Shown piece after piece: positions 56,101 to 64,000 of a stretch of DNA of 64,000 bases; the stretch's first letter is position 1; every line of letters begins with the position of its first letter. The DNA lies in the IMG/VR virus record IMGVR_UViG_3300044796_000657, positions 124,001-188,000 of that record. One strand, 5' to 3'. The notes beneath the pieces were generated by a model. The model saw nothing but the letters and a program-made list of their open reading frames with translations. It ran no database searches and had not been told where the DNA came from. The translations under genes and the position numbers were made by a program.

Positions 56101-57227
56101 GTATCTCTCGTATCTCCTCTAGTAATTCGCACATTCCACGTAGTATCGCCACCACTAGGACCAACATGTGCTAAACTGGCTTTTATTAGCGCCAAAACAA
56201 CCGATTGTGTGTTACGAACAGCCGGACTTTCGTTATACAAAACATTAACAAGATTTTGCGTAACTCTACCATTTGGATTTTCATTGAGCAAAATACTAAT
56301 AATATCTTGCGATGACCTTACACCCAACGACGGGGCTGCTACATTCCAAGTCGTATCACCACCACTAGGCCCAACCGGTCCAATGTACACATTCCAAGTC
56401 GTATCACCACCACTAGGCCCAACTTGTGTTAATGCCGGAGGTGCTTCACTAATAGCCGCCAAATAAGCTGCGAGTTCATCGGAAGTGGTGGTATCATGTG
56501 TTGAGTTGCAAAAAATAGCGCCAAGCCAACGACCATTATAAAATCCATTACCGCCTTGGTTAACTGTTCCAATACACGGTGTTACCCAAGCGGCATCTGA
56601 GGTACCACTACCTGCGGTTTCACTGACAAACGCACCGTCTTTACGATGATGCACAGTGCGATTTGTCAAAGCGGTGGAATGCAAAAAAGCTATCGTCGCA
56701 TCCGTACCCGAAGGTAATGTCATACTAACATCAGGATTATGAGGATGCCATTCCCAATTAGGCGTTCCTCCGAATGCATCCGGAAAGTTTCTAATTACAT
56801 TACCGTTGCCCGGTGCCGAGTCAAACAAAGCAACCATGTTACTATCGTTAGGAATAACTCGGAAATAAATTGAACAATTGGAACCGCAACTAAAAGTCGT
56901 AGCTTGATAATAATCGCTAGTATGCTCCAAAGACCATTTTCCACTGCCTTCGTCGGTCAAAATAGCGCAAGAGCCACTATTTGGGGCAGTCCACTCAATG
57001 CCGCTGAAAGTACATTGGAATACATAAACAGGATCACCATCAGCAGTAGCCAACGTCGTTTTAGCAGCATCTTGCCACATCAAATTCGCATTCTTCATCA
57101 ACACGACAATAGGAGCGCAAACCAAATCCGTTAAATTGTCTGGTGTCGCTGGCTGATTGTTTTCACCGGGCGAAAATCTACCAAAAATGGCATGGTTTTC
57201 ACCGAGAAGGCTGGTAAGAATGGACAT
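53142..57227 (-). CDS. large putative tail fibre with LamG-like domains and DTTWNV repeats
   Basis: 1361 aa; LWLKAD...GDIAEIIVY..VEDYL..KW domain; many (D)T(T/S)WNV units. Confidence 0.8.
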   Translation of the reverse strand: MSILTSLLGENHAIFGRFSPGENNQPATPDNLTDLVCAPIVVLMKNANLMWQDAAKTTLATADGDPVYVFQCTFSGIEWTAPNSGSCAILTDEGSGKWSLEHTSDYYQATTFSCGSNCSIYFRVIPNDSNMVALFDSAPGNGNVIRNFPDAFGGTPNWEWHPHNPDVSMTLPSGTDATIAFLHSTALTNRTVHHRKDGAFVSETAGSGTSDAAWVTPCIGTVNQGGNGFYNGRWLGAIFCNSTHDTTTSDELAAYLAAISEAPPALTQVGPSGGDTTWNVYIGPVGPSGGDTTWNVAAPSLGVRSSQDIISILLNENPNGRVTQNLVNVLYNESPAVRNTQSVVLALIKASLAHVGPSGGDTTWNVRITRGDTRDTTWEVVGHSVKGASTTWNTKTTLPRYDSLSLWLKADQGVTLDGLDHITDWVNYASPRYSKWVTAGNHDAVQTSTFARPALTSGALNGLPVATFDGIRNFLSINNSVGLIDDGRWGADIFVVMKDARSGDGFDRFIIANSVVTSIDTSWFFGTTNNAPTGFLYTAYYGGNQDTTYHNTGRGDPQVGNYILATAELTVNNTQFPTVYVNQTDQGASTNTLGGFDWTQEFYVGRHGDLDEGYWLGDIAEIIVYGDTSDLDIFGRTINNTLNLAEKTQVEDYLKLKWFGLVSVGTSSDTTWNVEHLPFVSKTADTTWNSLHSPFLNVPTLWNVYQDEPTQVNRSRSVIWNVNAHVTKDPVSTTWDVAERLHVGPDGGDTTWNVAERGHVGPDGGDTTWNVRHRVVVSGISTRWNIKHVRSKFRTVYFNDRVVIAPSSPDASWNVVAPVAKTCDTTWDVYSVAGRLMNPQPANRTRWNVYRDSDTAVNQQIYSEWNSDVNVASNRQGIWNTEANIAKSAVVTWYTKVLVTRNRATTWNTHKSARIVANTAWSVFPNAKYGFPLWNVLVLAKKTSVAKWVTISYNNNVADTSWNIRFLVGTNADTSWGVRPPPIHITNTTTWDIGGRVKVGIDTTWEARRVRRKLAATYWEVIYGVVYCVSPPPTEPIFVAKHVRWKVIGSISPRIFGNTLWKVRKPVGAARTPSWRVRQLVGTNVEDQWVVGAFTISVNLATTWNVFKKLQRVSATDWNVRIGPTGPNGGDTSWNVRKLSDNPLRQAIWNVSVRLLRAAIWNTKISSEAAVSDTSWNTRQLVSIPDGVPGNPFSNSFDGSFGVEEVTWQVLTNVNVSTSTVWAIALKLQRVADWDTKKVVGVSVGTTFTTKLKVDQTSIADWKSRKVSNKTAATSWDYSVVNKSNTTPWNVKHVIANEDRGGTLWNVHPPCSAAFVLSDPCQVNNQSNCGSTALLPRITVCELTQDSKTKKYKSKYVKKYL
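54916..55004. repeat. 38-bp exact direct repeat, 51-bp period
   Basis: acattccacgtagtatcgccaccatcgggaccaacgtg twice; related 35-bp pair at 56341 and 56389. Confidence 0.85.
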
Positions 57228-57262
57228 ACCTAATATAAATGCGATAAACCTCTGTTAAAGTA

Positions 57263-57287
57263 TAACGCCCGAACAAGTCGGGCGTTA
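57263..57287. terminator. hairpin/terminator
   Basis: taacgcccga/tcgggcgtta. Confidence 0.55.
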
Positions 57288-57290
57288 ACT

Positions 57291-57506
57291 TCAAGAATCT
57301 TTTACGACAAATGTGACTAAAGGCGTTATAGCCCAAACTTCTTCAATAGTTTCTTGACCTGTATAGCCGAAATGCAAAATACCAATCTTCGGATGCCAAC
57401 CTCTAAGATACCTTCTCACCAAACGAAATGTTCCCTGTTGGCGAATAACCTGTTCGCTTAAAATTTCTGGCATAAGTACCTCCATTTGATATTTACCTGC
57501 CAACAT
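57291..57506 (-). CDS. hypothetical protein
   Basis: 71 aa ORF; GGAGG before MPEIL. Confidence 0.5.
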   Translation of the reverse strand: MLAGKYQMEVLMPEILSEQVIRQQGTFRLVRRYLRGWHPKIGILHFGYTGQETIEEVWAITPLVTFVVKDS

Positions 57507-57552
57507 AGAAGGTTTTCAATAGGGTATTGCCTTCGGCTAACTAAATATTAAT

Positions 57553-58455
57553 ATGAAACTATTGTTTACGCCTATGAGCGAAAAATACGTTTTGGGAGTT
57601 TGTGACACCAAAACAAAGAAAATTGATCTAATTCCAACGCCAAGAGTCGTTGAAGACCACAGACCCTTCGGCATTACTTGGCATAGAGGTCAAGGGAGCA
57701 TCTTTATCACCCAACCAACAAGCGTATGGGAATTTGATTTTGATTTGAATTTCAAAAAAGTCATTGCGGAAAATCTTTGGTATGGGCTTCACCAAATGGT
57801 TTCATATGGCGGCAATTTATGGGCAGTCAGTCCAAGAATTAACGGCATTCAAAAAATGGATTTCTTCGGAAGGCATAAAGGTTTCTTTTATCCTGCTACC
57901 GCTCAAAGCTCTTATGAGCTTCCAGAGTCATTTAAAGACAAAGATCGATTGAGCTATCATGAGGATGTCTCACATTATAATTCAATTCTTTTCCACAAAA
58001 ACAATTTGTACTTAACAGCACATAATCATGGCACGAGTTTCATTGATGTTTTTGATCAAAATCTCAACAAAAAGAGAACTATTCATGGTATTGGTGTTCA
58101 AGCACACAATGTTTTGGTTGATGATGTTGTTTGGTGGGTAGACTCTATGGGCAGAAAAGCCATTGTAAGTGAAGATGGCAAAGTTATCAAAATTGGTGAG
58201 GAAGGGGAATTCATTAGAGGCTTGGCAGGCACAAAAGATTACTTCTTTACTTCTAAGTTCATGTATTCCAAAAAACGAGAAGGACGAAAAGTAGGTGATG
58301 CCGAAATTACAATTGTGCAAAGAAGTTCTATGAGAATAATAGATAAGATTACAATTAAGAATTCGGGAAACATTAACGACTTGCGGATTATGGATGTTCC
58401 TGATTTGGGACACAATGTTCCGCCTATTTCTACACAAAAAGTAGCGATATTTTGA
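57553..58455 (+). CDS. beta-propeller protein (DUF4915-like)
   Basis: FGITW, HYNS, AHN and FIRGLA. Confidence 0.65.
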   Translation: MKLLFTPMSEKYVLGVCDTKTKKIDLIPTPRVVEDHRPFGITWHRGQGSIFITQPTSVWEFDFDLNFKKVIAENLWYGLHQMVSYGGNLWAVSPRINGIQKMDFFGRHKGFFYPATAQSSYELPESFKDKDRLSYHEDVSHYNSILFHKNNLYLTAHNHGTSFIDVFDQNLNKKRTIHGIGVQAHNVLVDDVVWWVDSMGRKAIVSEDGKVIKIGEEGEFIRGLAGTKDYFFTSKFMYSKKREGRKVGDAEITIVQRSSMRIIDKITIKNSGNINDLRIMDVPDLGHNVPPISTQKVAIF

Positions 58456-58465
58456 AAGTTAGTAT

Positions 58466-59422
58466 ATGACAGAGCAGTATGCCAATTTGGCGAGAACGAT
58501 ATTGAATGGAGCGATCAATAGCTCCGTTACGAGTATAACTGTCGAAAGTGCTTCAAGCTTTCCATCCGCATCACCGTACCGAATCAATATTGATGCCGAG
58601 ATTATGGTCGTTACGGGCGGTGCGGGCACAACAACATGGACAGTTTCTCGTGGACAAGAAGGAACGGGCGCCGTATCTCACGCTGACGGGACATCAGTAT
58701 CACAAACATTAACTGTCCAGAGTTTGCAAAATATATTACTTGATGCCGCAAGTTCGGGTACTTATGCCTCACGGCCCTCTACCGGAAATTTATACTTTCA
58801 TACCGATGGACCAGTTGTCAGTCAGTACAATGGTAGCGTTTGGAAAAATTACGGGCCAATATTTGAATTCACCGATCCTAATCAATATTCATGGTCAACT
58901 TATGCCGGTAGCTCCGATTTTAGTATTCCACAAATTTATGATACCACGCCATATCAACATTATATTCAACAAACTGGAGCCGGGAGCAGTGTAAGTATTG
59001 CCATTAAAAACGTACCTGCTACTCCTTATGTCGCAACTGCATGCTTATTATCGAATAATATACTCAAAAGTACAAATAATGGCGTAGTTATGGGCGTGTT
59101 AAATTCAACTGGTGCTAAGTTAACGTTCATAAGAACTTGGCTTGGTGCCGGTAATGGCACTTCCCGATTATTTGTTTCCGGCAGCAGTAATTATATTGAC
59201 ATTTATATTACGGATTCGGAATTGATGTGGTTTAGAATTGCTGATGATGGAACCAATCTTACATACTTTATCAGTATGGATGGAACAAATTTTTGGCAAA
59301 TATATACTGAGTCCAATACAGCATGGCATGGAGCTATTGATAAAATCGGTTGGGGAGTATCATACTTCGGTGGTTCTCTTCAACCAGCAGCAGCAAATCT
59401 TCTTAGCTGGAAAGAAACGTAA
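58466..59422 (+). CDS. putative tail/receptor-binding protein, tandem paralogue 1
   Basis: ITV.SAS.FP, EIMVVT and VSRGQEGT head; ISMDGTNF in lectin-like C-terminus. Confidence 0.75.
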   Translation: MTEQYANLARTILNGAINSSVTSITVESASSFPSASPYRINIDAEIMVVTGGAGTTTWTVSRGQEGTGAVSHADGTSVSQTLTVQSLQNILLDAASSGTYASRPSTGNLYFHTDGPVVSQYNGSVWKNYGPIFEFTDPNQYSWSTYAGSSDFSIPQIYDTTPYQHYIQQTGAGSSVSIAIKNVPATPYVATACLLSNNILKSTNNGVVMGVLNSTGAKLTFIRTWLGAGNGTSRLFVSGSSNYIDIYITDSELMWFRIADDGTNLTYFISMDGTNFWQIYTESNTAWHGAIDKIGWGVSYFGGSLQPAAANLLSWKET

Positions 59423-59430
59423 GGAATATT

Positions 59431-60375
59431 ATGACAGAACAAATTGCCAATTCAGCACGAACAGCACTAAACGGCGGCATCAATAGCTCAGTCACAAGCA
59501 TTACTGTCGTTAGTGCTTCAAATTTTCCATCAAGTTCACCTTATAGGATCACTGTCGAATCTGAGATTATGGTTGTTACAGGTGGTGCTGGTACAACGAC
59601 ATGGACAGTTTCCCGTGGACAAGAAGGAACAACCGCTGCGTCTCATGCCGGTGGGGTTTCAGTAGCACAAACATTAACTGTTCAAGGTCTCAAAAATATA
59701 TTACTTGATGCAGCAAGTTCAGGTACTTATGCCTCACGACCTTCTACAGGAAACTTATACTTTAATACGGATGGACCAATTGTAAATCAGTACAACGGCA
59801 CCGATTGGCGACCTTTAGGGCCAATGTTTGAATTTACCGATCCAAACCAGTATTCATGGACAACATTTAGTTCGCCCGATGTCTATACCACCGGTCCATT
59901 TCAACAATACATGCAAATATCTGGCGGCAGCAATGCCAGACCCGGTGCATATAAAACTATTCCTGCGGCACCATATACCGTTACGGCCTGTTTCTTGCAC
60001 AATAACATACTTAAGAATACGAATAATGGCACTGATATGGGAATAATGGGGCCAAGCAGCATTAATGACGTAACATTTATTAGAACATGGTACGGTAGCG
60101 TCACCGGTGCAACTCGCTTATTCGTCACTAACTCCGTTAACGTTATCGATATTTATATTACTGACTCAAGAATGTACTGGTATCGAATTAACGACGATGG
60201 AACTAATGTCAACTACTTGATTAGCATTGATGGTTACCATTTTTGGCAGCTTTACAGTGAAAGCAATACTGCCAGTCCACATGGAACCGCTGATAGAATT
60301 TGGTGGGGTCTTGATTACTTCGGCGGTTCTGGCCAACCATCAGCTACTACGTTGCTTAGCTGGAAGGAAGAGTAA
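59431..60375 (+). CDS. putative tail/receptor-binding protein, tandem paralogue 2
   Basis: colinear with 58466-59422 over its full length. Confidence 0.75.
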   Translation: MTEQIANSARTALNGGINSSVTSITVVSASNFPSSSPYRITVESEIMVVTGGAGTTTWTVSRGQEGTTAASHAGGVSVAQTLTVQGLKNILLDAASSGTYASRPSTGNLYFNTDGPIVNQYNGTDWRPLGPMFEFTDPNQYSWTTFSSPDVYTTGPFQQYMQISGGSNARPGAYKTIPAAPYTVTACFLHNNILKNTNNGTDMGIMGPSSINDVTFIRTWYGSVTGATRLFVTNSVNVIDIYITDSRMYWYRINDDGTNVNYLISIDGYHFWQLYSESNTASPHGTADRIWWGLDYFGGSGQPSATTLLSWKEE

Positions 60376-61234
60376 ACTCGCTAAGATCATACAAAAATGT
60401 GAAAGGAACATCGAATGGATTTTTTGTTCCTCTGAAGAAAATTGTTCCCACGCCTTTAACATTCAACCCGAAATCTTTTGCTGCTTGAATTGCCTTAAGT
60501 GCGCTACCACCCGTTGTAACCGTATCCTCAACAATAATGACATTCATTCCCGGTTTGACAGGGCCATCAATTAATTGATTTGTTCCATGACCTTTAGGTT
60601 CTTTCCTAACCATAAAACCGATAAGATTGTCGGGAATAATCATACCTGCGACAAGAGGATCAGCACCAGCACTAGGGCCACCAATAGCTTGAAACTTAAC
60701 GTGCTTCTTCATTTCGGCGAGCAATAATTCGCTTGCTGCCTGCAAAGCCTTGCCTTGCAAAGTGACTTTTTTAGCATCAATGTAAATATCGGACTCTTGT
60801 CCACTTGCCAATTTGAATTTGCCATGCTGTATGACATCGTTCGTTTTGATGAATTCTAACAATTTCGCTTTGTCATGCTGCATTACTAATGGCCTTTGGT
60901 CATATTGTAGACGAAGGCGATTTGAAAAAGTCGCCGAATCGATTGGTGTCTGATCATTCATAAATAGCCTTTGGTAAAGTAATTCAATGCCTCTTAGATC
61001 AGGATGTTCATGAATCCAACATCCCGTACAAGGGTGAAAGCACGTTTTGAAGAAATGATCTAATGGAGGATTGCCCGTATCAACAGAAGGGTCAATTTCA
61101 TGACATGTTTGATCGAATACGACATCCGAAACGATTGAATGCCCTTTTTCTTCGTAAGCATAAGCCCACAATGAAACCCTGATTCTTTTTGCTCTTTCAA
61201 TCTCTAGCGAGGTTGGCTGATATTTAACTTGCAT
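60356..61234 (-). CDS. pyrE: orotate phosphoribosyltransferase with N-terminal LigA subdomain-Ia-like extension
   Basis: FKLASGQES.IYID, RKEPKGHG and VEDTVTTGGS; N-terminal AYAYE...SDVVFD. Confidence 0.88.
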   Translation of the reverse strand: MQVKYQPTSLEIERAKRIRVSLWAYAYEEKGHSIVSDVVFDQTCHEIDPSVDTGNPPLDHFFKTCFHPCTGCWIHEHPDLRGIELLYQRLFMNDQTPIDSATFSNRLRLQYDQRPLVMQHDKAKLLEFIKTNDVIQHGKFKLASGQESDIYIDAKKVTLQGKALQAASELLLAEMKKHVKFQAIGGPSAGADPLVAGMIIPDNLIGFMVRKEPKGHGTNQLIDGPVKPGMNVIIVEDTVTTGGSALKAIQAAKDFGLNVKGVGTIFFRGTKNPFDVPFTFLYDLSEFTLPSS

Positions 61235-61276
61235 ATTACTTTATAGTTAGGTATACTTTATCTTTTTTGGTGCCTC

Positions 61277-61741
61277 ATGACCCCGCAAGAATTCTTATCA
61301 AATCCAACCAAAACCATAGTAACGTACCCCAATGAGATACTAACAACGGTTGCTCAGTCGGTTGAAGACATTAACGAGTGGTCAGAAATCAGCAAACTGA
61401 TGGGCGAAATCATGATCGAAAACAATGGTATCGGTTTAGCAGCCCCACAAATCGGCCTATCTTACAGAGCATTTATTATTCGTTTTAGTAATCAAAACAT
61501 CTTATACCTTAACCCCGAAATTATTTCAAGTGGAAATCACTTCAGTGAAGTGGAAGAAGGATGCTTGAGTTTGCCGGGAGTGCACATTAATGTGAAGCGT
61601 CCACAAAAAATCAAAGTGCGATGGATGAAACCAAACGGAAAGAAACAAATTGCCACTTACGAAGGATTAACTTCCAGAGTTTTTCAACATGAACTAGATC
61701 ATCTTAATGGCAAATTGATTAATTTAAATCAGCAAGAATGA
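61277..61741 (+). CDS. def: peptide deformylase
   Basis: GIGLAAPQIG, EGCLS and QHELDHL. Confidence 0.96.
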   Translation: MTPQEFLSNPTKTIVTYPNEILTTVAQSVEDINEWSEISKLMGEIMIENNGIGLAAPQIGLSYRAFIIRFSNQNILYLNPEIISSGNHFSEVEEGCLSLPGVHINVKRPQKIKVRWMKPNGKKQIATYEGLTSRVFQHELDHLNGKLINLNQQE

Positions 61742-61754
61742 ACATAAATATGAC

Positions 61755-62147
61755 ATGATGAAATTATGGCAAGTCCTAAATGAGTCTGACGACGGTATCA
61801 TTGTTGTAGACAATGATAAGGGCGACATCTTATACAGCAATCCACAAATCATTGACATGTTTGGCTATGAGGATAAAGAACTACAAAACTTAACAATTTA
61901 TGATCTATTCCCAGAACAAGGAATTAGATTTTGGCGAAAAAACAAAAAGGTCATGTTTGGCATGACTCAAAAATGTGACAAATTTTGTGTTCACCTTTCA
62001 GCGACTAAAATTAACACCGGCAAAAGATCAATTTTTCTAATCATTATTAGACATACCAAAAATTCAATTGAACAACTTAGCGATGCTCTTGATGGACTAC
62101 ATCAACAACTTGAAGAAGTATCCAGCTTAATGAACCTACCGATATAA
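61755..62147 (+). CDS. PAS domain protein
   Basis: DGIIVVD..G.I.Y.N...MFGY...L.....L.P. Confidence 0.75.
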   Translation: MMKLWQVLNESDDGIIVVDNDKGDILYSNPQIIDMFGYEDKELQNLTIYDLFPEQGIRFWRKNKKVMFGMTQKCDKFCVHLSATKINTGKRSIFLIIIRHTKNSIEQLSDALDGLHQQLEEVSSLMNLPI

Positions 62148-62174
62148 AAAAAGCCCGGCTTAGCCGGGCTTTTT
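62146..62174. terminator. bidirectional terminator, GCCCGGC family
   Basis: aaaaaaagcccggc-tta-gccgggcttttt between convergent genes. Confidence 0.85.
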
Positions 62175-62177
62175 GCT

Positions 62178-62321
62178 TTACAGTGATTGTAAACAAACAG
62201 TAACCGCTGCCAAATAAGCACCGGCACCTGCTGTACAAAATGCTACACGACGACGACAATCAGGAAAAAAGATTTTCCAAATCGGTGTGTAGGTCGTATT
62301 ATTAGTTCTCTTACAAATCAT
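62178..62321 (-). CDS. small hypothetical protein (47 aa)
   Basis: GGAGG SD; MICKRTNN...AVTVCLQSL. Confidence 0.5.
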   Translation of the reverse strand: MICKRTNNTTYTPIWKIFFPDCRRRVAFCTAGAGAYLAAVTVCLQSL

Positions 62322-62348
62322 AAAACCTCCTTGATGACAAGAAGAACC

Positions 62349-62576
62349 TTACTTCTTGTGTTCCATAGCAAGAATCTTTTCGTTTTGCAACGCAATGGTT
62401 TGATTCTGCACTTGTACCAATCCATAAGTCCGTTCAAAGCCTACTTTGACACCGAATGCAGCAAGAGCAGCAAATACGCTTTGTACGCCGCCAGAATAAT
62501 CGCCACTAACAAACTGATAAACGCTCAATCCAAGCAAACCAACTGCTGGAAGAACAACTTTCCAATCAATAGTCAT
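62349..62576 (-). CDS. small two-TM membrane protein (holin-like)
   Basis: two hydrophobic segments and a charged tail. Confidence 0.55.
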   Translation of the reverse strand: MTIDWKVVLPAVGLLGLSVYQFVSGDYSGGVQSVFAALAAFGVKVGFERTYGLVQVQNQTIALQNEKILAMEHKK

Positions 62577-62696
62577 AAAAACCCCCCAAAAATGGACACA
62601 CTATATATTAGTCTAGTTAACAAGTTCCTTTTTTACTGCTCACACCTTTGGAAATTATACAATTGTAGACTCTCTTAATATTTAAAGGAAAAAGAC

Positions 62697-63467
62697 ATGG
62701 AATATTCGGTAACTTATAAAAAGCTTCAACCTCCCGTGGACATCATTATTCCATTCCACGGACAATATGACCTATTGGGCCAATGCGTAGAATCAATAAT
62801 CAAACAAACCTTTGGTCAAATTTATAGCTTAACTCTCGTGGACGACTACTCCGACAATAAAGACTTCTTTACAGACCTTAAAGAACGAAAACTCAAAAAT
62901 ACACCCATTCAATTCCTACGACACGATGAACAAAAAGGATTTGGTGCCGCACTCAAAACAGGATTTGACAACACACAAAACGCTTGGGTTTGCTTCCTGC
63001 ACGCCGACTGCAAAATCGTTCGCTCAGATTGGCTCAGCGAACTTATGATAACAATGCAAAGTACCAAAAAAGATGGCGTCAAATTAGTTTCAGCCAAATT
63101 GTCCAATGGCGGTACCGGTGCTTTTGATGCCAATGTCATAGGTAATGTGGACAATAGGCCAGATGTCATTGTTGAAAGTCCTCTTCCAATAGTCTGCACA
63201 CTTGTTAATAGAGAACTTTTCAGTCGCATTGGTGGATTCATCAAGCCGTATCCATATTTCGGATATGAAGACGAGGAATTATTTTGGCGAATGAAGATCA
63301 AAAAATTCAAACAAGCAGTGAGTGGAAAATCTTTTGTAGAACATGCAGGCGGCATTACTGCTCAACAACTCATGAAAGATCACAAAATAGCTGAGACAGT
63401 TAATCTCAATAAAGAAAAATTCAAGACGGACATTGTTAAGTTTGCCAAAGAAAACAATTATAAATGA
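62697..63467 (+). CDS. glycosyltransferase family 2
   Basis: DIIIP, LVDDYS, GFGAA, FLHAD and YEDEEL. Confidence 0.9.
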   Translation: MEYSVTYKKLQPPVDIIIPFHGQYDLLGQCVESIIKQTFGQIYSLTLVDDYSDNKDFFTDLKERKLKNTPIQFLRHDEQKGFGAALKTGFDNTQNAWVCFLHADCKIVRSDWLSELMITMQSTKKDGVKLVSAKLSNGGTGAFDANVIGNVDNRPDVIVESPLPIVCTLVNRELFSRIGGFIKPYPYFGYEDEELFWRMKIKKFKQAVSGKSFVEHAGGITAQQLMKDHKIAETVNLNKEKFKTDIVKFAKENNYK

Positions 63468-64000
63468 AAAAAATAGGCTTCATTGTCAGTGTTTACAACA
63501 AGATTGATGACTTGGCTGCACACTTGGAAATTTTCAAGTACTGCCCATTTGATCATGAAGTCATTGTTGTGTATATGATGGACTTGCCATCGGAATATCA
63601 AAAATTAGTAGATCAATTTCATGCTGTCAGAATTGAAGGTGTTGGGCATTATATAGGGCCATTATTAAGTGCCGTAGCCGGTGTCAGAAAAGCCAACGAA
63701 CTCGGATTGGATTATGTCGTTTACCGAAATGCGGATGACTGGCTGTTTAACTACGGATGGGAAAAACAAAACTTTGATACGATGGCCAAGAAACCTTATA
63801 TTTGTGGTGGATACAACTGGATGAATGTCGGTAGCAATCAAGACGTCACCTTAAATCAAGTGTATTTTGATGTACCAAAATTCATGACCACTGCCGATGA
63901 TGCCGAGAAATACTTCTTGAGATCAAGTCGTGGTTTCTTGTGCGAATTCAAAATGGCTAGATGGGTCAGAAAAACATGTCAAGATATGAATGTGGATTTT
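63464..64000 (+). CDS. putative glycosyltransferase, truncated by window end
   Basis: ATGA-coupled start MKKIGFIVSVYNK; NADDW acidic motif. Confidence 0.6.
   Translation, partial: MKKIGFIVSVYNKIDDLAAHLEIFKYCPFDHEVIVVYMMDLPSEYQKLVDQFHAVRIEGVGHYIGPLLSAVAGVRKANELGLDYVVYRNADDWLFNYGWEKQNFDTMAKKPYICGGYNWMNVGSNQDVTLNQVYFDVPKFMTTADDAEKYFLRSSRGFLCEFKMARWVRKTCQDMNVDF

Noticed and set aside
58466-60375. Diversity-generating retroelement template/variable repeat pair
   Set aside because: Both copies are full genes, differences are not adenine-specific, and there is no reverse transcriptase in the window.
1-64000. Stop-codon reassignment
   Set aside because: Conserved genes are full length in the standard code, and TAA, TAG and TGA all terminate genes.

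Overview
This window looks like part of a very large (jumbo/huge) bacteriophage genome read in the standard genetic code. It has dense, mostly minus-strand operons of short hypothetical genes behind sigma70-like promoters. Host-like genes include translation functions (tmRNA, ribosome recycling factor, Thg1-like enzyme, short ArgRS, peptide deformylase, tRNA-Leu, CsrA) and proteostasis functions (ClpX, stand-alone Clp N-domain, serpin). It also carries DNA functions (RuvB-like ATPase, UDG, ParB-like, ligase-like, two HNH nucleases, sigma factor), metabolic genes (purE, prs, folD, pyrE, PduO-type adenosyltransferase, ALDH) and a tail-fibre/glycosyltransferase block at the right end. The sigma factor and CsrA hint at a Planctomycetota host (inference). 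The four most unusual observations are: (1) a strictly co-oriented 14-bp element, GTGACCATACACCC, at 8 gene junctions, supplying the upstream stop codon in four of them; (2) a promoter-driven tRNA-shaped RNA whose anticodon loop is replaced by an 81-nt hairpin; (3) an RRF gene whose SD-linked ATG opens only a 3-codon ORF overlapping an in-frame ATT; and (4) three Lys/Met-rich low-complexity proteins, one fused to a putative protein-lysine methyltransferase. All product calls come from motif recognition by eye; no database searches were run.
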